Shown: positions 10,601 to 18,019, counted from the first letter of the stretch. The stretch: DNA of 64,000 bases from an uncultured Desulfobacteraceae bacterium (GCA_964539365.1 CAZIIV010000003.1:8897-72896), one strand, 5' to 3'. Notes: generated from the sequence alone by a model not told the origin. Numbers and translations: made by a program.

Positions 10601-11942
10601 ACCCAAAGCCCCCTTGATAACTGCAAAGCGCGCACAGTGCAGCCCTCATTCGAGCAAAAACCTTAGATTGAGCGGCCAGACGAGGGTTATCATGGGTTTC
10701 AGCAAAATGTACCGTTATTCCGTCACTTACAGAGATCTCATCGGCTACCGGAAGATAGGATTCAATCTGGCTGCGGTCATAGTTTTGAAAAAGCTCGGAA
10801 TAGGACCAGTTGAAATTGGCTTTGTTCAAAATATCACGGGTTACAGAAATTTTTCCTCCCAGACCTTCCAGAAGAAAAATTGTATCAGGATACTGATCCC
10901 TGACAGCGGCAACAATATACTTCCAGGCAGGTACCGGAATCATATACCCCGCATCACACCGGAATCCGTCCACCCCTCGTCGACACCATGTAATAAAAAC
11001 ATCGGTTATAAATTGCCACAAGTCTTTTTGGGTATAGTCGAGACTCGTCAGGTCTGCCCAGACCACGCCCCAGGCACCCGGCATTTCGATTTGGCCGTCC
11101 GGATTCCGGACAAGCCATTGAGGATGGGTTTCATGAAGACCGGCGGCCCAGCCCGTATGGTTGATGGCGATGTCAATAAAAACCATAGCATGACGTTCAT
11201 GGATTGCATCTATCAGCTCTATGAACTGCTCAAGAGGAGTTGCCTTAGGGTCAAATTCGGCCAAAGCCGGATCTACGGCGGTAAAACTGAGTGCTGCATA
11301 CGGACTTCCAAACCGTCCCATGCGGGCATAGGTCGTGGGAGTGGGATGTATCGGGAGCAGCTGAATTATTCGGCACCCAAGCTCGCCGATAATGAAATCC
11401 AGTTCTCCTATCAGATCACGAAAGGTTCCTGACGGCGGGATGACCGTATATCCATTTTTATCAAGAGCCCGGATCGAATCTTCATCTGTCCCGGAAAAGA
11501 ACTTGCCGGTTTTGTTCGGACCGAACTGCCGGACAAATGCATTATAAATGATGTTTGAACAGCATGTGTGCGCCGGTTCCACGTTGATGGCGACATTAGT
11601 ACCCTCCGGCCACAACGGGATGGTCTCCTTTTCACTCAAAAAGAAACATTTGGCTTCAAAATGCCCGATTTCACAAAAGGGAAGGGTAATCGTAAAATTT
11701 TGCCCGTCAACACGCCTCATGGGAATGTCAAACCAGTCCCGACCCAGGGGTGGCGTATCGTTAGTTACTTTCCTGATGATTTCCTGCCTGGCAGTTTGGG
11801 CATGGCCGATGTTGGTGCGAAGCCACGCATTTCCTTTTCCGGGATGCGAAAGGGAAAGATTAAATGTCCGGGTATCTCCTCTAAATATAAGAATGTGTGT
11901 TCCGGGCGCAGGATCCTGGCTGACCCAATTTGGATTATCCAT
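7638..11942 (-). CDS. Fusion protein: GlgE/DUF3416-like N-domain, a complete GH13 catalytic domain, an unassigned linker, and an archaeal-type glycogen debranching module (GDE_N + GDE_C, amylo-alpha-1,6-glucosidase)
   Basis: GH13 regions I-IV are present: FIDIAINHTG, GVDGFRCDAGYMIP, IFLLEGLGG, FAETHDNPR. The GDE_N-like motif is TNGYGGMLRAAVSWGKLTSRYDALL. The GDE_C motifs are GYPWFLDWGRDALIF, GYPIEIQALWF and YHNGTAWTWLF. Confidence 0.85.
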   Translation of the reverse strand: MDNPNWVSQDPAPGTHILIFRGDTRTFNLSLSHPGKGNAWLRTNIGHAQTARQEIIRKVTNDTPPLGRDWFDIPMRRVDGQNFTITLPFCEIGHFEAKCFFLSEKETIPLWPEGTNVAINVEPAHTCCSNIIYNAFVRQFGPNKTGKFFSGTDEDSIRALDKNGYTVIPPSGTFRDLIGELDFIIGELGCRIIQLLPIHPTPTTYARMGRFGSPYAALSFTAVDPALAEFDPKATPLEQFIELIDAIHERHAMVFIDIAINHTGWAAGLHETHPQWLVRNPDGQIEMPGAWGVVWADLTSLDYTQKDLWQFITDVFITWCRRGVDGFRCDAGYMIPVPAWKYIVAAVRDQYPDTIFLLEGLGGKISVTRDILNKANFNWSYSELFQNYDRSQIESYLPVADEISVSDGITVHFAETHDNPRLAAQSKVFARMRAALCALCSYQGGFGFANGVEWYATEKINVHEAASLNWGAATNQVKHIRRLNTLLHIHAAFHDRTQLKMVQQGDGNCIVLLRHHVPSGKKLLIVTNLDHRRQTLATWNSQETGMDASNFVDLISGEKIAIAESDGKQSLLLDSGRVLCFTDDPNDMDVVGEAESQTAVYPERIKKQCLRAKAMDVLHFYKRSRDPGKVEPDTAAQKLAENPLEYCRSLNPFNTESRVITWQWPRDKRREVMVPPDHFLMVRADRAFRARIMDKNRCLYHEESLMCMDGSCFVLFSPLHPPRTHCSYTLKVSVYTPGRTQHVDAPLLFLSRPEDARVNRIYYRPDLSRHSPLLLCTNGYGGMLRAAVSWGKLTSRYDALLAANMNPDIPEDRWVMFTRCRAWLVYQGYSQEICDDCFDSFCFKSRARGVWRHQVPTGQGESVFLTICAEMIPGKNSMRMVFIRDSAKTRRGMLADHEPVRLILRPDIESRSFHETTKAYQGPEHFWPGAVRSDKDGFTFVPDQEHRLNLKISDGSFVWEPEWQYMVHRPIEAERGLDADSDLFSPGYFSSLLKGGQSQTLSASITGAQNSRGPNQKCRVRDMEPKPVEKRRFCKPYDALKTALDDYVVKRNDLKTVIAGYPWFLDWGRDALIFVRGLIAAGKMEEARSILKQFGQFESNGTIPNMIRGKDTGNRNTSDAPLWFFVACADLVRIQGNELFLDSTCGNRTIRDILFSIANAYEKGTPNGVHMDPESCLIFSPTHFTWMDTNHPAGTPRQGYPIEIQALWFAALSFLSRIDPSGDGGDWTHRASRVQTSISKFFWLEKSGYLSDCLHTDSEKSAAQADPDDALRPNQLFAVTLGAVSDRRICRKIVAACEELLVPGAVRSLADRPLSRPMPIYHNGRTINTPHHPYQGQYSGAEDLKRKPAYHNGTAWTWLFPSYCEAWVTAYGDKGKNTALSLLASSARPVTQGCVGHLPEIMDGDFPHRYRGCDAQAWGASEFVRVWKLLQALD

Positions 11943-12098
11943 CGGACGTCACTGTTTGGTTCGAAAACAATAGGATTATGTATCAAAAAATAAGCAATGT
12001 AAAATAATATCGATAGGGTGTCAAAGGAAAAGAAAACATTTGTTCGGGAGAGGCAGGGGTTCCGTCATTTATTGAGAAGTTATTCGAATGACAGGCAA

Positions 12099-12455
12099 CT
12101 AATTTAATAAATTGGAAATCTTCTCTCTGAGTTCATGGGGGGCCGTATGGCTTTTAACCAGATACCCGTCTGCCTGTGAAAGATGAGGATCAAACAGATG
12201 TGTATCGTGGGGGGTAACGATAAGTACCGGAAGGTTTGGACGTTGTATTTTAATGCCCCGCAAAACATCCCATACGAGAAATCCATGTTTTAAGTATTGG
12301 TTCAGGAGTACGATATGCGGGTTAAACGATAAAATATTTTCCATCACGGACTCGACATCATCCGTTGTTGAAACCGTGTATCCTTGACCGGCAAGACTCA
12401 CTCTACATAGATCTTTTACCCACTTCTGGTCATCTATAATAAGTATATTTGCCAT
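12099..12455 (-). CDS. Stand-alone receiver (REC) domain protein with Asn at the phospho-acceptor position (pseudo-receiver)
   Basis: CheY-like fold markers are present: IIDD acidic pair, VLIVT, and YLVK Lys. The acceptor site reads HIVLLNQYL (codon AAC, 12300..12302). The paralog at 51982..52335 reads DIVLLDLYL. Confidence 0.8.
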   Translation of the reverse strand: MANILIIDDQKWVKDLCRVSLAGQGYTVSTTDDVESVMENILSFNPHIVLLNQYLKHGFLVWDVLRGIKIQRPNLPVLIVTPHDTHLFDPHLSQADGYLVKSHTAPHELREKISNLLN

Positions 12456-12483
12456 TGCTTTGGACGTGATTTTTCGTTTCTAT

Positions 12484-12753
12484 CTATAGCTCGTCTTTTT
12501 TCAAGAGCGAATGTCCTTCCAGGCAGAAGGAACGCCACTTGCAGTTGATCTGATCGCAATTCGCAATTCCTTTTTGGAAACAGTCCGGATTCCCTTCAGC
12601 TCTTTGAATACTTCTAATCAAATTCGTTATATCAAGGAAGCTCTTTTGATTAGCATCCGGTCCCGACCTGGAAGATGATGCTGTTATTATGTTTTCGTCC
12701 CCCTTCAGATTTCCAGGGTTGCCCGCGTACTTTTGATTTTTTATGAATGCCAT
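12484..12753 (-). CDS. Hypothetical small protein with a C-terminal CX7CX4CX5C motif
   Basis: 89-aa ORF ending ...NPDCFQKGIANCDQINCKWRSFCLEGHS. It lies in the same orientation between the LuxR regulator and the REC gene. The SD is weak and I recognise no family. Confidence 0.4.
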   Translation of the reverse strand: MAFIKNQKYAGNPGNLKGDENIITASSSRSGPDANQKSFLDITNLIRSIQRAEGNPDCFQKGIANCDQINCKWRSFCLEGHSLLKKDEL

Positions 12754-12884
12754 AAATCCGTTAATGTTATGTCTCGGAATTTCTATTCACGGCGAAACAC
12801 ATGCGGTTTAAAAACAACGCCTTTTCCGAATTGTTTTAAATTAGAATGGATGGCTGCTTTTTTTTAAACAGCTTTATGTTATAT

Positions 12885-13088
12885 CTACCCTAAAGAGACA
12901 GAGTTTTGTGAAATTGAAGACGGTAGTGTATAACTGTATTCTTCGGTATAATCTACCCCGCTTCCAACATTCCACTTTTCAGTACATACATGAATATCCT
13001 GTATGATTTTCAGTAAGCTGCAATTTTTGGAGCAATCTTCCTTGGGCAGATCTCTTCTGGGACAATTTTTACATGGAGAAGAAATCAT
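12885..13088 (-). CDS. Hypothetical small Cys-rich protein (CX2CX10CX3C...C)
   Basis: MISSPCKNCPRRDLPKEDCSKNCSLL... GGAGGA lies just upstream of the ATG at 13088. The longer ORF, starting at 13148, begins inside a dispersed repeat and was trimmed. Confidence 0.4.
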   Translation of the reverse strand: MISSPCKNCPRRDLPKEDCSKNCSLLKIIQDIHVCTEKWNVGSGVDYTEEYSYTLPSSISQNSVSLG

Positions 13089-13132
13089 ATTTCCTCCTCT
13101 ATCCGGAACTATCCATAATAATAATATTTTAC

Positions 13133-13164
13133 AACTATCAATTATCAATTTAAAATTTATTTTG
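13133..13164. repeat. Second copy of the TATCAAT-heptamer / TTTAAAAT repeat
   Basis: Contains the exact 15-mer tatcaattatcaatt (13136..13150) shared with 4965..4979, next to a taaaattt motif also present in the first copy. Confidence 0.6.
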
Positions 13165-13181
13165 TCTATAGAGAGAAACGC

Positions 13182-13206
13182 TCATTTTAATAGGCGAAAT
13201 TCCTGG
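13182..13206. repeat. Dispersed ~24-nt motif tcattttaatagg(cg)aaattcc(t)g, copy 1
   Basis: Matches 15882..15905 with 3 mismatches. Both copies are on the + strand in AT-rich intergenic DNA. Confidence 0.5.
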
Positions 13207-13250
13207 GCAGAGGGAACTTATCCCGCAATAGCAGGATAAACATTGTTCTT

Positions 13251-13928
13251 TTATTCTTTCCAGAGGTCAACGTCGATCAGGCCGAGCTTTGCGGCATAGC
13301 GAATCAATTCAATGGTATTGTGAAGACCGAGCTTGTTCATAATATTGGAACGGTGGTTTTCAACGGTCTTGGGGCTGATGCAAAGCTTTTCCGCAACTTT
13401 TTTGCTGGAAAACCCTTCTGCCAGAAAGCGCATAACTTCCTGCTCCCGCGGTGTTAATGTATCGTAATCGGCATCTGTAATTTTTGCCTCTTTTAAAGGA
13501 GACTTCATAAGATTTTCAACCACCGCATGGGAAACCGAGCTGTCAAGAAAATAATCTCCTCTTGCAACAGATTCAAGCCCCTGTAAGAGCCTTTCAGAGG
13601 CAGATTCCTTGACCACATATCCGGTTGCTCCGGCCTGAAATGCTTCGGCAATATAATCAATTTTAGAATGCATGCTGACAATCAAAATGCGTGTTGTCGA
13701 AAAAAGAGTTCGGATTTCTCTGGTCAGTTGAATGCCGCTTCGATCGGGCAGGGATATATCCACTATAATCATATCCGGTTTGAGTGTTTTCGCCATTTGA
13801 AGCCCATCTCGCCCATTTCCGGCTTCGCCCACCACCTCAAAACGAGAACCGCGCTCTATGATTGCCTTAAGCCCTTCCCTGAAAAGAGGGTGGTCATCAA
13901 CAATCAATATGCTCTTTTTTTCGGACAT
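13251..13928 (-). CDS. NarL/FixJ (LuxR-type HTH) response regulator
   Basis: The REC domain shows ILIVDDHPLFREGL...IIVDISLPD...VVKE; the C-terminus shows LTPREQEVMRFLAEGFSSKKVAEKLCISPKTVENHRSNIM. AAGGAG lies 7 nt upstream of the ATG at 13928. Confidence 0.92.
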   Translation of the reverse strand: MSEKKSILIVDDHPLFREGLKAIIERGSRFEVVGEAGNGRDGLQMAKTLKPDMIIVDISLPDRSGIQLTREIRTLFSTTRILIVSMHSKIDYIAEAFQAGATGYVVKESASERLLQGLESVARGDYFLDSSVSHAVVENLMKSPLKEAKITDADYDTLTPREQEVMRFLAEGFSSKKVAEKLCISPKTVENHRSNIMNKLGLHNTIELIRYAAKLGLIDVDLWKE

Positions 13929-15054
13929 GATTTTGCTCCTTATAGGGAACTTCAATACATATTTTTGTGCCTTCCGCCGGCCGGGATTGAATCTTCATTT
14001 CTCCGTTCAAAAGGCAGACCCTTTCCTCCATACTTCGAAGTCCCATCCGTTTCTCTTTGATAGCCGATCCCATCCTGTTCTTTATATTAAATCCCTTACC
14101 ATCATCCTCTATGCGTAGGATGATGTACGGAAAAGAAGCGACCATTTTGAGAGCTGCGCTGGAGGCATCCGCATGCTTTTTAATGTTCCAGAGGGCCTCC
14201 TGTATAAGGCGATACAGATTGATCTCCGTGTCAAAAGGAAGTGTCAAATCATCCATGCCGGCAGCGGAAAAATCAATGCTTATCTTATTTTTTTCGGCAA
14301 ATTCTTCACAATATTGATAAACCGTCCGGACCAATCCCAATTGCTCCAGGCCGGGAGGGTGTAAATCATAAGCAAAATTCCTGAGAGCCGATATTGATCG
14401 TTTGAGTATTGTTGACAATTCCGAAGTTTTTTCCCTTATGCCAATGTGTATGGATGGATAATTATCAAAAAGTGTTTCACAGCCGATTCTCACCAGGGAA
14501 AGGTCTTGTGCCACATTGTCGTGCAGATAACGGGCAATTCGCTGGCGCTCATTTTCCTGGGCCTTCATCAGTTGCTGGGTGAGAGTGCGAACATGTTCTT
14601 CCGCCTGCTTTCGTTTGGTGATGTTCACTATATTTCCCATTATAGCAGGCTTCCCTCTATATTCGATGGAAGCTGCAATCATTTCGCACCAAATGGTTCT
14701 CCCATCTTTTTTGAGTCTTTGAACCTCATAATGATACGGAGCAGATTCACCCTTTAATCTTTTTGATACTGTTGCCGCGACCACCTCCCTGTAATCCGGG
14801 TGGATCAGCAGCTTATATTCCTTTCCCAGTAATTCTTTTATAGTATACCCATGCATCGCGGCGAATCGATCATTAACAAATACAAACCTTCCATCCTGGT
14901 GGATAAAAATACCGGTAAGGGAGTTCGTTGTAAGTGTTCTGTACTTTTCCTCACTTCTCCTCAGCTCTTCCTCCACCTGTTTGCATCCGATGGCTTCTTT
15001 TTCTAGTATTTTTACCCGCTGCTCCAATTCCTTATATGTTGGCTTCTTGGGCAT
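13897..15054 (-). CDS. PAS-domain sensor histidine kinase (HisKA_3 / NarX-DegS type)
   Basis: N-terminal coiled coil plus PAS, H-box RIARYLHDNVAQDL, and an HATPase_c domain (EALWNIKKHA, DDGKGF, GLRSMEER). The 3' end overlaps the regulator gene by 32 nt. Confidence 0.9.
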   Translation of the reverse strand: MPKKPTYKELEQRVKILEKEAIGCKQVEEELRRSEEKYRTLTTNSLTGIFIHQDGRFVFVNDRFAAMHGYTIKELLGKEYKLLIHPDYREVVAATVSKRLKGESAPYHYEVQRLKKDGRTIWCEMIAASIEYRGKPAIMGNIVNITKRKQAEEHVRTLTQQLMKAQENERQRIARYLHDNVAQDLSLVRIGCETLFDNYPSIHIGIREKTSELSTILKRSISALRNFAYDLHPPGLEQLGLVRTVYQYCEEFAEKNKISIDFSAAGMDDLTLPFDTEINLYRLIQEALWNIKKHADASSAALKMVASFPYIILRIEDDGKGFNIKNRMGSAIKEKRMGLRSMEERVCLLNGEMKIQSRPAEGTKICIEVPYKEQNHVRKKEHIDC

Positions 15055-15148
15055 TTGAATATACTCCTAATTTCAAATTTAATCGTTTGGCTCCATATGC
15101 CAGCTAATCGGATCAGTGCGGCCGGGGGTATAATCCGGCAGAGCATAA

Positions 15149-15265
15149 TTGGAATACTGAAATCATGGGAAAGTGGCCTGTGCATAACCTCTATCCTGTC
15201 CGGGGAATGAAAGAATCCTTTAAAAAGGCATATTCCACTATTTCATTATGTTAGTATTCCATATG
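15149..15265. repeat. GGAAT-rich octamer-periodic inverted-repeat element, copy 1
   Basis: The left arm is ttggaatactgaaatcatggg. The reverse complement of the right arm is atggaatactaacataatgaaatagtggaata. It has the same unit structure as 38614..38751. Confidence 0.55.
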
Positions 15266-15311
15266 TAAGGGAAAAAAACAATGATGCAATACGTTGTTTT
15301 AATTGATTAAC

Positions 15312-15344
15312 GAAAAAAGGGGCGCACTCAGTGACACCCCTTTA
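15312..15344 (-). terminator. Rho-independent terminator downstream of the dodecin gene
   Basis: On the minus strand: AAAGGGG-tgtcactgagtgcg-CCCCTTTTTT, a 7-bp GC-rich stem followed by a T-run. Confidence 0.7.
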
Positions 15345-15435
15345 AAACAGTTAATGGCCGATCTTTCTCTAAGATTCTTCCAGGATTTCCCAATTTATCA
15401 TAAGACTATGGTTGTTGAGAGGATATCGCGATAGG

Positions 15436-15648
15436 TCAGGAACCTTCATATTTGAAAGAAAGCGCTACTCTGGCACGATAGGATACGACCTTACCATCGT
15501 TGATTGTCATGTCCAATTTTGTGATTTCCGCAACTCTTAAATCGCGCAGACTTTTCGTTGCTTTTGCTACTGCATTTTCCGCAGCTTTCTCCCAGGAAGT
15601 ATCACTTGTTCCTACCAATTCAATAATTTTATAAACACTGCCACTCAT
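15436..15648 (-). CDS. dodecin family flavin-binding protein
   Basis: 70 aa with SVYKIIELVGTS..SWE.AA..A...A..SLRDLRVAE, a full-length dodecin signature. Confidence 0.88.
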   Translation of the reverse strand: MSGSVYKIIELVGTSDTSWEKAAENAVAKATKSLRDLRVAEITKLDMTINDGKVVSYRARVALSFKYEGS

Positions 15649-15881
15649 GTTTCCCTCCTTGAATTAAATTTTATATATGATAGCAAAATTGACCTCAAAT
15701 CGAGAAGTTGCTGTTAAACTCATATTTATTGGAAAGATCTCGAAGGTAAGAAAATTAAAAGAGTGGCTCTTTGTAATTAAAGAACCACTCCACTCAAGCG
15801 CAAAAATGTAGCCTCCCGCGCTTTTAAGCAATTTGAAATAAACTAAAACTTTATTTAAAATATGTCCATAAGATAAAATAT

Positions 15882-15905
15882 TCATTTTAATAGGGAAAAT
15901 TCCCG
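15882..15905. repeat. Dispersed ~24-nt motif tcattttaatagg(ga)aaattcc(c)g, copy 2
   Basis: See 13182..13206. Confidence 0.5.
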
Positions 15906-15972
15906 TTCTATAGGCAATTCCCCCAGATACTAATCCAGATAAATTCAAGGTGTTATTTTATATTTTCTTTTG

Positions 15973-16000
15973 TTGACATTTCCTGTTGTAAAGATACAAA
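15973..16000 (+). promoter_or_regulatory. Candidate sigma70-type promoter for phaEC (TTGACA-16 nt-TACAAA)
   Basis: A perfect -35 hexamer at 15973..15978 and a 4/6 -10 at 15995..16000, about 40 nt upstream of the phaE ATG. Confidence 0.35.
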
Positions 16001-16038
16001 AAAGATAGAAAGAATTTTTGTTCCATAAGGCGAGGTGA

Positions 16039-16737
16039 ATGATGGCTGACAACTCAAAGGAAAAGAAAGGACCGGAACCCATGGAAACCCTTTTGAAAGG
16101 AGCCGGTATGTTGCCGGAAATTTTTTTGAAAATGGCGCAAACCGGTTTGAAAAATTTCGTGAATTTTCAGGAGCAGTGGCTGGAACGTACGGGTGAGTTC
16201 CGAAAATCCACCAAAAGTTCTACACATGGGGATTTGAAAGAAGATGCATTCAATGCGTGGACCCAACTGTATGAACAAGAATTCAGAAAGTTTTTCAAAA
16301 TTCCTCAATTGGGACTGACTCGATTATATCAGGAAAAAATGATCCGGTGGATGGACAAATTTAATATTTATCAGGCCACTGTCGCCGAATTCTCTCGTCT
16401 TTTATCACTGCCCATGGAAAAATCATTCCAGCTCTTACAGGAAAAGCTTGTGGAATTAACGGACAAGGGAGGCCTTCCTGAAGATCCAAAAGAATATTAT
16501 CAGATGTGGATAAAAATACTTGAGGGGCGCTACATGACATTGTTCCAGTCGCCCGAATACACCCGGGCACTGAACAAGACTCTTGATTCCATGTCGGAAT
16601 GTTCAAAGGCAAAAAAAGAGGTTCTCCAGGATTTTCTGAATATGCTCCCTGTTCCTACCCATAAAGAGATGGATGAACTCTATAAGGAAATTTATCTGTT
16701 AAAAAAGCGAATAAAAGAACTTGAAAAGAAAAAATAG
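16039..16737 (+). CDS. phaE: class III PHA synthase subunit PhaE (short form)
   Basis: The FFKIPQLGLTRLYQEKM box and the C-terminal LPVPTHKEMDELYKEIYLLKKRIKELE motif are typical of PhaE. It sits directly upstream of phaC. Confidence 0.8.
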   Translation: MMADNSKEKKGPEPMETLLKGAGMLPEIFLKMAQTGLKNFVNFQEQWLERTGEFRKSTKSSTHGDLKEDAFNAWTQLYEQEFRKFFKIPQLGLTRLYQEKMIRWMDKFNIYQATVAEFSRLLSLPMEKSFQLLQEKLVELTDKGGLPEDPKEYYQMWIKILEGRYMTLFQSPEYTRALNKTLDSMSECSKAKKEVLQDFLNMLPVPTHKEMDELYKEIYLLKKRIKELEKKK

Positions 16738-16754
16738 AATGGGGGGGTAATTTT

Positions 16755-17936
16755 ATGACTCAACCCAAAATAGCCGTTGATCTGATTTTTTCAAAACTGG
16801 CCGAGGATGCGGAAAAGGCCCGGACGCGTGCTAAAAAGGCCTCGGAAGTATTGCTCGGACCTCTTGAAACAGAAATCGCCACCACGCCTTGCGATGTTGT
16901 TTATGAAGAAGACCGGGTAAAACTCAAGCATTACACGCCGGCAACCAAAATTCAGCTTAATAGACCGCTTCTTCTGGTTTATGCGCTGATCAATCGGGAA
17001 ACAATGCTTGACCTCCAGCCGGGAAAGAGCGTTGTGCAAAATTTTTTACAGGAAGGCATAGACCTTTATATGATCGACTGGGGCTACCCCACTCGCAAAG
17101 ACAGGTATCTCACAATTGATGATCATGTTAACGGGTATATAGACAACGCTGTGGATTTTATCCTCAAAAAACACAATCTGGACAAGATCAACCTGATGGG
17201 AATTTGCATGGGCGGTACCTTTTGTGTCATTTATTCGGCACTTCATCCTGAAAAGGTTCAAAACCTGGTTTTAACGGTCACCCCGACCCATTTCGAAACG
17301 AATAAGGGGCTTTTGCATATCTGGATGAGGGATATGGATGTAGATCAGATTGTGGATACTTATGGCAATATCCCCGGAGATATAATGAATTTAGCGTTTT
17401 TGCTCCTTAATCCCGCCCGGCTGATGATCGACAAATACGTGGGGTTTTTAGAAAACATGGACAATAAAAATTTTGTGGAAAATTTTGTCCGCATGGAAAA
17501 ATGGATTTTTGACAGCCCGGATGTGCCGGGGGAAACATTCCGGCAATTCGTCCGGGATTGTTACCAAAAGAACCTGCTCATCCAGAGCAAGATGGAAGTT
17601 GGCGGGCAAGTTGTGGATCTTAAGAAAATCACCATGCCCCTTTTGAACTATTACGGCAAATACGACCATCTTGTACCCCCGGAAGCCTGTGAACCCCTTA
17701 TAAGTAAAGTGGGCAGCAAAGATACCGAGAACGTTTGTCTTGATACAGGCCATATCGGTATTTATGTCAGTTCCAAGTGTCAAAAAGAATTTGTACCCTG
17801 GATCGCCCAATGGCTCAAGCAAAGGGAGACGGATCAGAAGAAGCGCAAAACAAAACCGCCATCCCGGAAAAAACGTGTTGTAAAAACCACGGCGACTCAA
17901 AGCAAACCGGCATTAAAAACCACAAAGAATAAATAA
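16755..17936 (+). CDS. phaC: class III PHA synthase catalytic subunit PhaC, with a Lys-rich C-terminal tail
   Basis: Lipase-box GICMGG, Asp in YGKYDHLVP, His in DTGHIG. About 40 extra basic residues at the C-terminus (KKRKTKPPSRKKRVVKTT...KTTKNK). Confidence 0.9.
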   Translation: MTQPKIAVDLIFSKLAEDAEKARTRAKKASEVLLGPLETEIATTPCDVVYEEDRVKLKHYTPATKIQLNRPLLLVYALINRETMLDLQPGKSVVQNFLQEGIDLYMIDWGYPTRKDRYLTIDDHVNGYIDNAVDFILKKHNLDKINLMGICMGGTFCVIYSALHPEKVQNLVLTVTPTHFETNKGLLHIWMRDMDVDQIVDTYGNIPGDIMNLAFLLLNPARLMIDKYVGFLENMDNKNFVENFVRMEKWIFDSPDVPGETFRQFVRDCYQKNLLIQSKMEVGGQVVDLKKITMPLLNYYGKYDHLVPPEACEPLISKVGSKDTENVCLDTGHIGIYVSSKCQKEFVPWIAQWLKQRETDQKKRKTKPPSRKKRVVKTTATQSKPALKTTKNK

Positions 17937-17957
17937 GGAATTTTCAATACATTGAAT

Positions 17958-18000
17958 TTAGGGATTCGCTCCAATTGGAATGCTGGAATATTAAGAAATT
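17958..18000. repeat. GGAAT-rich octamer-periodic repeat, half copy (ttagggattcgctccaattggaatgctggaatattaagaaatt)
   Basis: Aligns over ~43 nt with 38614..38657 and shares the exact 15-mer tggaatgctggaata. It creates the spurious MECWNIKKL N-terminal extension of the next ORF. Confidence 0.65.
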
Positions 18001-18019
18001 ATCAAATCGAGGAGAGAAT

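Noticed and set aside
10554-11432. 292-aa plus-strand ORF inside the GH13-GDE gene
   Set aside because: It is antisense to a gene with unambiguous GH13 motifs. It has no recognisable domain and no SD.
13089-13148. Longer start for the 67-aa Cys-rich ORF
   Set aside because: The extension runs into the TATCAAT repeat. GGAGGA precedes the ATG at 13088.
15664-15948. 94-aa ORF in the dodecin/phaE divergent spacer
   Set aside because: The region is AT-rich intergenic DNA containing dispersed repeats and hairpins. There is no SD, and the sequence is hydrophobic and low-complexity.
17975-18019. Longer N-terminus (MECWNIKKLSNRGEN) for the first GNAT
   Set aside because: These codons are the GGAAT repeat element read as protein. 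A strong SD precedes the internal ATG at 18020, and paralog 2 aligns from there.
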